NCBI GenBank assembly: GCA_963726255.1
Contig: CAVSBL010000002.1
Coordinates: 2,016,001-2,080,000, forward strand
Direction: 5' to 3'
From: Candidatus Bathyarchaeota archaeon
Lineage (GTDB): Archaea > Thermoproteota > Bathyarchaeia > 40CM-2-53-6
Length of the DNA stretch: 64,000 nucleotides
In this document: positions 30,938-40,247 of the stretch, in pieces
Position numbering within the stretch: the stretch's first letter is position 1
Layout: each line of letters starts with the position of its first letter
Notes under the pieces: generated by a model
The model's database searches: none
What the model was told of the DNA's origin: nothing
What the model saw: the letters and a program-made list of their open reading frames with translations, nothing else
Made by a program: the position numbers and the translations under genes

Positions 30938-31617
30938 AGGACTTCGTGAATCGCTTCTATCGCCTCTTTGGCTACGAAACCTAAGATCACGACTGTCGCC
31001 GCATAGTCAACCCATGGAACCTTCCAAACAAAGTTGATTGTAAGGCCAGCGAGCAAGGCTGCAGACATCCAGAAACAAGTAGCAGACTCAGCTGCATCAA
31101 TCGTCAACGGCAAACATTTAGACGCTTTACCAATGCGTTTCTTTTGATACCACAAAACCGGCATGATCACAATCGCCGCGATGGCGACAGTGATGCCGAG
31201 TGGCGACGATTCGGGTCTTATGCCAATTAGAAATGAATAGACGGCCGCAACTCCAATCACGGGTATTAGCGAGAACAGAAGAAACGCTGTGGCCAATTCA
31301 GTTCGCTTGGTCTCCCTCTCGCCTTCAGAACCTGTCAAAGCATTTCTCAGATGTTGTACCACAGCAAGAGACGACAGTAATTCGACTAGGCTGTCGCCGC
31401 CGAAAGCCAGAAGGGCAAGGCTCCAAACCACTATGCCCGAATAAATTGCGGCAAGGCACTCAATCATCATCCAGGTAACGCTAGCATATTCTACCCACAA
31501 TCCACGTTGTATGAGTCTCCGGCTGGGCGTCACTCTCCTGACCGGCTGCTTCACAAGCGTAGCCTTTGGAAATGCTAGAAGTCGCGAGCCGTCCGACGAA
31601 ACAGACGGAATGCCCAC
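30934..31617 (-). CDS. Cation diffusion facilitator-like membrane transporter (TM domain only)
   Basis: SLALLAFGGDSLVE, DAAESATC, WVDYAA; start uncertain. Confidence 0.75.
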   Translation of the reverse strand: MGIPSVSSDGSRLLAFPKATLVKQPVRRVTPSRRLIQRGLWVEYASVTWMMIECLAAIYSGIVVWSLALLAFGGDSLVELLSSLAVVQHLRNALTGSEGERETKRTELATAFLLFSLIPVIGVAAVYSFLIGIRPESSPLGITVAIAAIVIMPVLWYQKKRIGKASKCLPLTIDAAESATCFWMSAALLAGLTINFVWKVPWVDYAATVVILGFVAKEAIEAIHEVL

Positions 31618-31808
31618 TACCTGATTCTTCTGTACCGGTTAAGCGTGTGAGTTTGCCAAGAATAGCCGCGGAGTTTCCGACTGGCACCAAAACCACATGC
31701 GGAACAACGTTTCCATCTGATGTGGTACGAGCGTCGGCCGCAGCGTCGACAGCGAATATGAGTTTTTGCACGTCCTCGTCGGCCGAAGGACGTTGTACCC
31801 TTAGTCAA
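31617..31808 (-). CDS. rpl37e: 50S ribosomal protein L37e
   Basis: TKGTTSFG...HIRCRRCGRRSYH...CSACGFG. Confidence 0.97.
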   Translation of the reverse strand: MTKGTTSFGRRGRAKTHIRCRRCGRRSYHIRWKRCSACGFGASRKLRGYSWQTHTLNRYRRIR

Positions 31809-31845
31809 ATTTCCTCAACCCGCAAAAATTTGGTATTGTAGTCTT

Positions 31846-32076
31846 TTACCTCTTCGGCGGGGGCGAGACCAGAACCACATTGTCGCCCCTGACAACGATT
31901 GTGCCTATACTGCGTGTGTTCTCTGGGTTGGATACGTCCTCTGCATCCTCAAGGACTAGGTTCATGTGTTGGTCGTAGCTGTAGAGTTTGCCGCGTATTG
32001 TGCGGCTGCCTTTCAGTTCCACGAGAACGATCTTGCTTAGGCTCTCTTGGAAGATCTTGTCAGCAACTGCAGACAT
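31846..32076 (-). CDS. Sm-like archaeal protein (SmAP/Lsm)
   Basis: GKLYSYDQHMNLVL (Sm1), VRGDNV (Sm2); conserved linkage to rpl37e. Confidence 0.95.
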   Translation of the reverse strand: MSAVADKIFQESLSKIVLVELKGSRTIRGKLYSYDQHMNLVLEDAEDVSNPENTRSIGTIVVRGDNVVLVSPPPKR

Positions 32077-32247
32077 TGTTCTTTCTGACCTAACTTGTGG
32101 GCGTGGGTTCCCCGTAAAGGAGGAAGCCCCAAATTAAACGTTAGGCCTACATAAACCATAGCCAAAACACGTCAGATATCAATCGCGACGGAATCCGCTC
32201 TCGATCTCTGAAAATCGTACGATGTTAAGTATGAAGAATACGTTCCA

Positions 32248-32751
32248 ATGGTTGAAGAGTATTTGCCAGCAAAGCGGCATCTCAAGGACAAGGAAGTAAA
32301 ACAAATTCTAAGGGAATTTACACAGCGCTACCCGCCTTCCGAACCGTTCCTTCGTTCGGTCAATGATGTTCAGGAACAAGCCGTAGGCAAAGGGCTAGTC
32401 TTTTTCTTGAATGGAAGAGCCCTATTCTTGCGCACTGGGTCCGGCTTACTTCCATCTCTGAAGTTTGACGAACTCCTGAGTTCGTTGCCCAAGATCGTCG
32501 TCGATATGGGCGCAGTGGCCCACGTAGCGAATGGCGCGCACGTCATGAGACCCGGCATTAAGGTAATACCGAATGATTTCAGGAAGGGGGATTTGCTATT
32601 GATAGTCGATGAAAAATTCGGGAAGAACATCGCCCTAGGCATAGCCGACGTTGATTCAAACGCAATGAAATCGGCGAATAAGGGTAAAGTGATCGAGAAT
32701 ATTCACTATGTCGGCGACGACTTCTGGAAATCGTTCGTGCAAACCGAGTAA
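32248..32751 (+). CDS. PUA-domain RNA-binding protein (DUF1947/MCT-1-like)
   Basis: VVDMGAVAHVANGAHVMRPGI, HYVGDD. Confidence 0.9.
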   Translation: MVEEYLPAKRHLKDKEVKQILREFTQRYPPSEPFLRSVNDVQEQAVGKGLVFFLNGRALFLRTGSGLLPSLKFDELLSSLPKIVVDMGAVAHVANGAHVMRPGIKVIPNDFRKGDLLLIVDEKFGKNIALGIADVDSNAMKSANKGKVIENIHYVGDDFWKSFVQTE

Positions 32752-32959
32752 ACGGTAACTGAGCTCCAGTGGAAATGAGGCTAACCTAAATTCCATTGCG
32801 AGCGGTACCTTAAACGCGTGGATGACAAACTATGCACACTATCCCTAGAAGACCGTGCTAGGTCTTTACATGGGCGTGTTAGAATCCCCTCCCTTACGTG
32901 CAAATGTTTAAAGTGCAATCGGCGGAGGCAAACGTAGTTGAAACCTGAGTGGCCTCTAA

Positions 32960-33325
32960 TTGATCAGTTCAGATGGTGAGAGAGATGAGAGGTTCCCCTT
33001 GGTGAACCCATCGATTCAACACCCGATCTACGTGAAAGCGTACCCGCTTCGCGATCCAGCGGATGTGCCCAGAATCAAAGCTGAGATAATCGAAGGCAAC
33101 ATTCTGATCGTCAAGATTACTCCCATCGCGAAACGTAGCGTCGAGGAGACAAAGTCGGCGATAAATGAACTCGTCGAGTTCATTAAGTCGATTGAGGGCG
33201 ATATTGCAAGGCTCGGCGAGGAAAGGATTGTCATGACCCCGCCAACGGTGAAAGTCTGGCGTGGGAGGGAAAGCTCCAAGCTCGAAGTTGCTGCGGCTGG
33301 CGCGGGCGCAAACGAAGAAGTATAA
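32960..33325 (+). CDS. sepF: Archaeal cell division protein SepF
   Basis: GNILIVKITP and GDIARLGEERIVMTPPTVKV motifs of archaeal SepF. Confidence 0.8.
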   Translation: MISSDGERDERFPLVNPSIQHPIYVKAYPLRDPADVPRIKAEIIEGNILIVKITPIAKRSVEETKSAINELVEFIKSIEGDIARLGEERIVMTPPTVKVWRGRESSKLEVAAAGAGANEEV

Positions 33326-33361
33326 TTAATTCCGGTTCGCGTGGCCTTGAGGTTTTCCTGT

Positions 33362-35293
33362 TTACCTCAGCCTGAGTCTCTCAAGGTTGTCTGGCGCTAT
33401 AGTTCTCATCTTCAGAATCCTTGAGATTTGATGTGCGAACAGGTCTGTCTTTCGTCGTTCGCCGTGCCCGAGTATGACCCGTGACGGCCTCGGTGAGATA
33501 CGTTTCAGAAAGGCGAATAGCTGGTTTCTATCCGAATGCCCTGAGAAACCCTCCACGCTTTCGACGCGCAGGTTAACTTTCAAAGCTTCGACCTTACCGT
33601 TCCTGCCCATAAGTGAAACTTCGCGGGCACCATTCTTGAGCCTATTTCCTAATGTGCCTTCAACCTGGTAGCTCACGAAGATCAACGAGTTCCTTTCATC
33701 CGAAGCCAAGTAACGGAAATAGTCGATTGCAGGTCCGCCCTCCATCATGCCCGAAGTTGCGAGTATGATGCATGGTTCTCCAGCTGCTATCTTCTCCCGT
33801 TCGGACGGGTGGTCCACGTTCGTGAAATAATCTGACTGAAATGGGTTAATGTCCTTGTAGAGAATTTGCTCCCGTAGGTCGCGTGCGAGGTATTCAGGGT
33901 AGGCGGTGTGAATGGCCGTTGCTTCTGATATCATGCCTTCCAGGAAGATTGGAAGTTCTTTGATCTGCTTGTTCTTCATGTAAGCGTTCAGGACAAGCAT
34001 GATTTCTTGAGCGCGCCCCACGGCCAGAGTTGGAATTAAAACCTTGCCACCTTTTTCGGCGGTTTCGTTTACAATTTTCGCTAACTTGCCCTCGACAGTT
34101 TCCCTGTCGGACATAACATCGTCCGGTCCACCGTACGTGCTTTCCATGATCAAGGTCTCGGCTCTTGGGAAGGAGCAGACGGCTGGCTCCAAAAGCATTG
34201 TACGGCCAAACTTGAAGTCGCCCGTGAAGATGACGTTAGTTAGTCCTTCTCCGATGTGGAGGTGGACGATTGAGCTGCCTATTATGTGGCCAGCGTTGTG
34301 GAGGGTGAGTTTGATGTCCGGAGCCACATCCGTGACCACCCCGTACTTGACTGGAATAGTGTGCATTACTACCTCGCGCACATCCTTCTGGTCGTATGGA
34401 GGATGGCCGCCCTCCTTTCCGAAGATGTCCAAGTAATCGAGTTGCAGAAGCGTCATCAAAACTGAGGTCGGTTCGGAGCAGTAAACAGGGCCATCGTAGC
34501 CGTACTTGTAAAGGAACGGAATGAATCCGCAATGGTCAAGGTGTGCGTGAGAGATTATTACGGCATCGAGTTTGTCTATGTCGAATTCGTCGGTGTCGAT
34601 TCGAGGGAAGGCGTAAATTGGCCTGTCGGCTCCTGCGCTTATGCCGCAATCCATCAGCACGCAGCTCTCTTCAGTTTCCACCAGCATCGCGGACCTTCCC
34701 ACTTCATGGAATCCACCGAGGGGGGTTAGGTAAACGCTTGAGGTCTTCTCGAGCCTTGCGCGGAATATGCGTTCGCCAACATCGCGGAAAATTCTGCTTC
34801 TTTCCTCGCTTTCGGAATGCAGGATATGACGAGAACTCGCGATTATCTTTGATGGCAGTGGCGGGGCACGGAGGACTCGTGGCCGCCAACTTGTTTTCTT
34901 AATGATCTCTTGAAGCGTAACCCCGTCCTTGCCTATCGCCAAACCAGGTTTTTTGGCTTCAATGACCACCTCGCCCAAGCTTGGGTCGAAGTTTATCTCA
35001 GTTATCTCAGCTTCAGCAGGTACGATTCCCTTTATCAGTCGCTCAGATTCGTTTTCAGTAAGACGGATTGAGGGGTCGGAGCGTATTACAACTCGTTTGT
35101 GTAGTAGGTTGACTATGTCTGTGACCACGTAACTCTGCTCAAGAAGAAGCCCAACGTTCTTGACGTAGATTGCTAGGCGTGGCCCTTCAAATTCAATTCG
35201 GGTTATTTCGGCTTCCTTGGGCATGTGGGTGACAATGGTTTCTCGTATTCTTGCCTGTGAATCATCTACCAGTCTAGCCACTGAGGAAACCAC
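33362..35293 (-). CDS. fttA: Beta-CASP ribonuclease aCPSF1 / transcription termination factor FttA
   Basis: N-terminal KH domains; LGGFHEVGRS, SHAHLDH, GFSGHSD. Confidence 0.97.
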   Translation of the reverse strand: MVSSVARLVDDSQARIRETIVTHMPKEAEITRIEFEGPRLAIYVKNVGLLLEQSYVVTDIVNLLHKRVVIRSDPSIRLTENESERLIKGIVPAEAEITEINFDPSLGEVVIEAKKPGLAIGKDGVTLQEIIKKTSWRPRVLRAPPLPSKIIASSRHILHSESEERSRIFRDVGERIFRARLEKTSSVYLTPLGGFHEVGRSAMLVETEESCVLMDCGISAGADRPIYAFPRIDTDEFDIDKLDAVIISHAHLDHCGFIPFLYKYGYDGPVYCSEPTSVLMTLLQLDYLDIFGKEGGHPPYDQKDVREVVMHTIPVKYGVVTDVAPDIKLTLHNAGHIIGSSIVHLHIGEGLTNVIFTGDFKFGRTMLLEPAVCSFPRAETLIMESTYGGPDDVMSDRETVEGKLAKIVNETAEKGGKVLIPTLAVGRAQEIMLVLNAYMKNKQIKELPIFLEGMISEATAIHTAYPEYLARDLREQILYKDINPFQSDYFTNVDHPSEREKIAAGEPCIILATSGMMEGGPAIDYFRYLASDERNSLIFVSYQVEGTLGNRLKNGAREVSLMGRNGKVEALKVNLRVESVEGFSGHSDRNQLFAFLKRISPRPSRVILGHGERRKTDLFAHQISRILKMRTIAPDNLERLRLR

Positions 35294-35331
35294 CCTGAAA
35301 TCGGTTAATTCAGAATTATTGGGATTGGGAG

Positions 35332-35982
35332 TTAACTGGCCTGAGTGAGGATTCCCTTCTTTTCCTGTTCACCTAGTTCCCTATAACCATCCTTTGAGAT
35401 TACGGCAACGTCGAAGCTATCGCCGCTTGCAGAGTCGCGCTTCATAGCCTCATTGACCGCGCGGACTACGAGAGGTATGGCTTCCTTTACGGACATGCCT
35501 TCCTTGTAGCCTGGTTCCAGAACGCCGTAGGCCACTGGCGAGCCAGAACCAGTCGAGACGTACTTTTCCTCAGTAACACTCCCCAGCGGGTCGAGAGCGT
35601 AAATGTGTCCGCCTTGGTCATCTATACCGCCTATAATGGATTGCAGAATGAAAGGGAAGTATCTGGACTGAAAGAGAATATTCGCAGCCAAACGTGCTAG
35701 TGCGCTGATTGGTATGGGAAGGCCTTTCTCGTACTTGTAAAGTTTGGAGTTCGCGCGTAGTGTCTCAACGACAGTTTGTGCGTCGGCAACGCCTCCAGCT
35801 ATCGTCATTGCTACGTGGTCATCGATGGGATACACTTTCTTTGCTCGCTTATGGGCCACAAAGGTCCCGAGAGTGGCGCGGGTGTCAGTTCCGAGGACGA
35901 TTCCATCTTTGCAAACAACGCCCATCGTGGTCGTCCCGGTCATCACGTACTTCGGCATGTTGGTTTTTTCTTGGTGGTACAT
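35332..35982 (-). CDS. psmB: Proteasome subunit beta
   Basis: Propeptide then G/TTT; TGSGSPVAYG, RDSASG; ATG at 35982 preferred. Confidence 0.96.
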   Translation of the reverse strand: MYHQEKTNMPKYVMTGTTTMGVVCKDGIVLGTDTRATLGTFVAHKRAKKVYPIDDHVAMTIAGGVADAQTVVETLRANSKLYKYEKGLPIPISALARLAANILFQSRYFPFILQSIIGGIDDQGGHIYALDPLGSVTEEKYVSTGSGSPVAYGVLEPGYKEGMSVKEAIPLVVRAVNEAMKRDSASGDSFDVAVISKDGYRELGEQEKKGILTQAS

Positions 35983-36203
35983 AGGTTTGTTTTGCCCCCG
36001 AGAACAGTTTCCGGAGCATAACGCAATCGCGCAGAAGAAGGTTCTAGCGCGATCGCATAGACCGACACACGACAACGTTAAAAACGTTTCCCGAAACTTC
36101 CCGACACATTAAAGGTTCGCTCGAAACTAGGTCAATAAATAGCACAAATTTGAAAGCCGGACGAGCATATCTCTGCCGCCTCTCGCTTGCATGCATCGTT
36201 GGA

Positions 36204-36641
36204 ATGGAAATGGAAAGAGCCTACCAGCTAGAAAACAAACTGATGGAAGAAGCCTACGAGGAACTACAGTCACGCCAGCAACTTTCAGCAAGATTGAAGG
36301 CTACGCTTGAGAAAACGTTCGGTGAACGTTTCACCAACGGTTGGGAGCTGGCGAATTCAAGGAAAGTTCGCCGATACGAGTTCAAACCCAGTGGCAGAGT
36401 GGTTTGGGTTGTTCAGGGTCGGAAGAGCGAATACCAAGTTATGCCGGACATACCCTTCTGCTATTGCGACGATTACTACTTTCGAGTAATGGACAAGAAG
36501 CGAGGCCTATGCTACCACATAATAGCCCAACACATAGCAGAAGCCCTGGACAAATTCGAGAAAATATCCAAGAATGATTCCCAATACTCAAACATCACGG
36601 ATCGGTGGAGGGCCAAGGAAATCCCTGAGAGTTCGGGATGA
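36204..36641 (+). CDS. SWIM zinc finger protein
   Basis: FCYCDDY...CYHIIA (CxC...CxH). Confidence 0.8.
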   Translation: MEMERAYQLENKLMEEAYEELQSRQQLSARLKATLEKTFGERFTNGWELANSRKVRRYEFKPSGRVVWVVQGRKSEYQVMPDIPFCYCDDYYFRVMDKKRGLCYHIIAQHIAEALDKFEKISKNDSQYSNITDRWRAKEIPESSG

Positions 36642-36693
36642 GCAGTGTTTAAATGGGAACTTGCTTTCTACGGGGAAGGCGAGCGTTAGGAAA

Positions 36694-36804
36694 TTGACAA
36701 CGGACGAGTTCTGGGGCCTGTTCCAGATTGGAATCGTTTTTGTAGCTTTCCTAGCTGTCATTCTAATCTTCGTCTACCTCGCCTACGAGAAACCTTCCGC
36801 CTGA
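36694..36804 (+). CDS. Small single-pass membrane peptide, 36 aa
   Basis: TTG start after an upstream TTTAAAT; TTDEFWGLFQIGIVFVAFLAVILIFVYLAYEKPSA. Confidence 0.45.
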   Translation: MTTDEFWGLFQIGIVFVAFLAVILIFVYLAYEKPSA

Positions 36805-36896
36805 TGATGTGAAGGAAGCGCGAACTGACCCTCAAAGAATACGTTCGTAAGGCGAGAAACCGCGTTTCATGAGTTATTTGATTTGAGGATCAGTAC

Positions 36897-39747
36897 TTGC
36901 TTGAGAACACATTTGCGCAGCTACACCGGCCAATACGGGCCCACTTGGAAAGGGTTGGGTTAGAGGAACCTAGCGACATCCAAAAAATCGCGATACCGTC
37001 AATTCTCCGAGGCGAGAACGTACTCGTAATAGCTCCGACCGGAACTGGGAAAACACTAGCGTGCGTGCTTCCCATCTTCAATATGTTCTTGGAGCGCAGG
37101 TCGGCTGGGGAGACAAAGGGCATCTCAATCCTATACGTGACTCCGCTCAGGGCGCTGAACCGAGACATTGTGCGGAGACTGACTGATGTAGGTAGGGAAC
37201 TTGACATCAAGGTCCAGGTGAGGCACGGAGACACGCCGACGAGCACAAGAGTGATGCAGGCCAAATCACCTCCTGAAATGCTTGTCACAACGCCAGAAAC
37301 TCTGCAAGCCATCCTGCCTGGAAAGAGGATGCGTGAGCACTTGAAGGGCGTCAGGTGGGTTGTTGTTGACGAAATTCATGAGCTTGCGACCGATGAGCGC
37401 GGTGTTCAACTCTCGATCGCTCTGGAACGATTAGTCCACCTAGCCGGCCGGAACTTCCAAAGGATTGGATTATCGGCGACAGTGGGTGAGGAGGAGAAGG
37501 TCGGAAGGTTCCTATCAGGAACTGATCGTAAGGTGGTGGTTGCGAAGTCCGAAGAGCTTAGGCAGGTTCAGATCGGCGTCGAATATGTGCCACCCACACC
37601 TGCAGATATCAAGGAGTCCGAAAAGTATGGCCTTCCACCCACAACAATAGCGAGGGCAAAGCGAGTTGCCGAAATTATCTCGGTGAAGCAGTCAACCCTG
37701 GTCTTCACAAATACACGTGAACAAGCCGAAGCTGTGGGGTCGCAGCTCCATGCCCTCAAACCGGAGCTACAGGTGCGAGTGCATCACGGTTCCCTTTCTC
37801 GAGAAATGCGAGGAGGTTGAGCAAGGATTTCAGGGTGGTTCAGTGAAAGGTGTCATTTGCACATCGTCCCTTGAGCTGGGGATGGATATTGGTAGAGTAG
37901 ACTACATTGTTCAATACATGTCGCCGAGAATGTCCACCCGCCTCATTCAGAGAGTGGGAAGAAGCGGCCACACTCTAAGAGGGCTAGCAAAAGGAACTGT
38001 GATCGGTGCATGGGCAGATGATCTGTTAGAGGCCGCTGTGCTCGCAGCGAATACTAGGGCCGGGAGAATCGAGCCAACAATTATCCACGACAAAGCTTTG
38101 GACGTACTCGCACATCAGATAGCGGGCATAACTCTAGACTTAAAGAGGGTTAAACTCGGGGAACTGTACGAAATTATTCACGGCTCCTATCCGTACCGGG
38201 ACATGACAGGCGAAGAACTTCACGGACTCGTCAAATTCCTAGACTCATTGGGAATGATCAGGTTACTAGACGACGTATTCTCCGCACGCTTTCCACGAAC
38301 ATTTCGATACTACTACGAGAACCTCTCCGTCATACCAGATGTGAAACGCTTCGATGTGTTCGATTTCTTCAGGAAGCGGAGGATTGGGACATTGGATCAA
38401 GACTTCGTGGCCAGGAAATGTAAGGGCGGTACCGTCTTCATTATGCATGGACAAACCTGGAAGATCATTAACGTCAACGAAGAGAAACTTTCCGTCGAGG
38501 TGGAACCGACAGTCCCAACCTTGGACGCCATCCCGAGCTGGGAGGGCGAGATTATTCCGGTCAGTTTCGAAACCGCGCAGGAAGTTGGCAAACTGAGGGC
38601 GGACATAGCCTCGAAGCTAGAAGATCCCGCTGGGCTTCGAGGAATCCAGGAGGAACTACAATTGTCGAATGCCGCAATTAGCAAGATCACTGAAACCGTT
38701 AGGTCGCAGTTGAAGAACTTCCCGATGCCAACAGACAAACGCATCATAGTAGAGAAGTTTGAGAACTGCATAGTCATCCATGCATGTTTCGGAAGCACAG
38801 TGAACGATACCATTGCAATGATCTTGGGATCCATGCTCAGTGCTAAGTACGGGGTAAACGTAGCAACACAAACAGATCCCTACCGAATCGCCATTATCTG
38901 CCCGTTCAAAATTGAACCGGAAACCGTCGCCCTCGAACTCTCAAAATTCACTCCGGACGATGTCGAGAAGGTTCTGGTCGAGTTCCTTCAGAACTCAGAC
39001 CTATTCGCGTGGAAGCATTGGCACGTAGCCCGCCGATTCGGAGTCGTCGAGAGAAAGGCGGAGTACAAATCCATTCGCGCCCGTATGCTCGTCCGCGCTA
39101 TGAAAGACACGCCCTTGAACGTGGAGACTCAACGAGAGGTCCTCCTCGAAAAGTTCGACTTGCCAAGAACAAAGGACATAATTGCAAAACTACAAGCAAG
39201 AGAGATAACCATCGACGTCACATCAGAAAGAGCTGAATCCTGCTCACCTTACGCTACGCCGATCATCGACAAAATAATTCCGCACGACCTGTTAAGGCCC
39301 GCCGTTCCCTCGAAATCCTTGACAGACATCGTTAGGGAACGTCTAGTCGCAAGCACTGTTCGCTTGGTATGCATTTTCAACGGGGACTGGGATGGAGTGC
39401 GGGTAGTGGGCGACCTTCCGCACAGAATTCGTTGCCCCAAATGCAGTTCGACGCTAATTGCAGCCACGTATCTGGCTAACGACACATTACTCGGCGTTGT
39501 CAGGAAGAAGAGGAAGGGCGCCAAACTAACGTCTGAAGAAGAACATAACTGGCGTCAGGCATGGCTGAGCGCAAGCCTAGTGCAAACCAAAGGAAAGGAA
39601 GCCGTCGTGGTCCTCAGTGGTCGAGGCGTGGGCCCAGCAACCGCAACCAGAATCCTAAGGAGGCTCCACAGAACTGAAGAAAACCTGTACGTGGATATTC
39701 TAAAGGCTGAACGCGAATACGCTAGAACACGACTTTTCTGGGATTAG
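36897..39747 (+). CDS. lhr: Lhr-like DEAD/DEAH helicase, split by a frameshift near 37810 (probable sequencing error)
   Basis: APTGTGKT, DEIH, LSAT, HHGSLS in ORF1; CTSSLELGMDIG, QRVGRSGH and C-terminal zinc finger in ORF2; frames join as SREMREEVEQ. Confidence 0.9.
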
Positions 39748-39788
39748 GCGCTAGCCGCTGGGGATTGTTTGCGCAAGATTGTAGGCGT

Positions 39789-39803
39789 TTCTACCAAGTG
39801 GAA
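39789..39803. promoter_or_regulatory. Palindromic operator copy 1 (TTCTAC-CAA-GTGGAA)
   Basis: Matches the copies at 43063 and 54068; 6 nt upstream of a TTAAT TATA-like element. Confidence 0.6.
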
Positions 39804-39887
39804 TCATCCTTAATTGCCATAATTAGAACCGTTAGGTGTTGTGGCATGCCCCTTCCCAGTTAGGGCTCGAAAGGGGGCGATTGCTCA

Positions 39888-40115
39888 ATGATAGCTGACA
39901 TATTGATTTCGGGGATTGGATTTGGGGAATTAGTGATTTTCCTAATCCTCCTGATTATTGGTATCATAGCGATCTTGATTTTGTCGGCAGTCATACATTT
40001 CATACTTCCAATAATCGCCGCCGTTGTGGTTTGGTTCCTTACGAGTAGCTTACTTTACGCAGGAGTCGCGTTCGTAGTTGTCGCGATCTTGCAATTGATA
40101 GTTAGGAGAAGGTAG
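39888..40115 (+). CDS. Small, very hydrophobic membrane protein
   Basis: 75 aa, about three TM segments, RRR tail. Confidence 0.7.
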   Translation: MIADILISGIGFGELVIFLILLIIGIIAILILSAVIHFILPIIAAVVVWFLTSSLLYAGVAFVVVAILQLIVRRR

Positions 40116-40247
40116 GATGCTACCTTAGGTTGGCGGTGCGTTGAAGGTTTCGACAGTGTTGAGGCTTCTGGTTCGGGTGCCCAAGATCGGAATTATGCCG
40201 GTTCTGTGAACAGCCTCGTGCGAAAGCTAGTACCAAATTCGTGATAT

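Noticed and set aside
32100-32132. GAGGAAGCCCC as RNase P RNA conserved region I
   Set aside because: It is only one arm of a local hairpin; no complementary CR-V element and no room for the RNA.
36802-36831. TGATGA...CTGA as a C/D sRNA
   Set aside because: The TGA is the stop codon of the small ORF; no terminal stem or second box pair.
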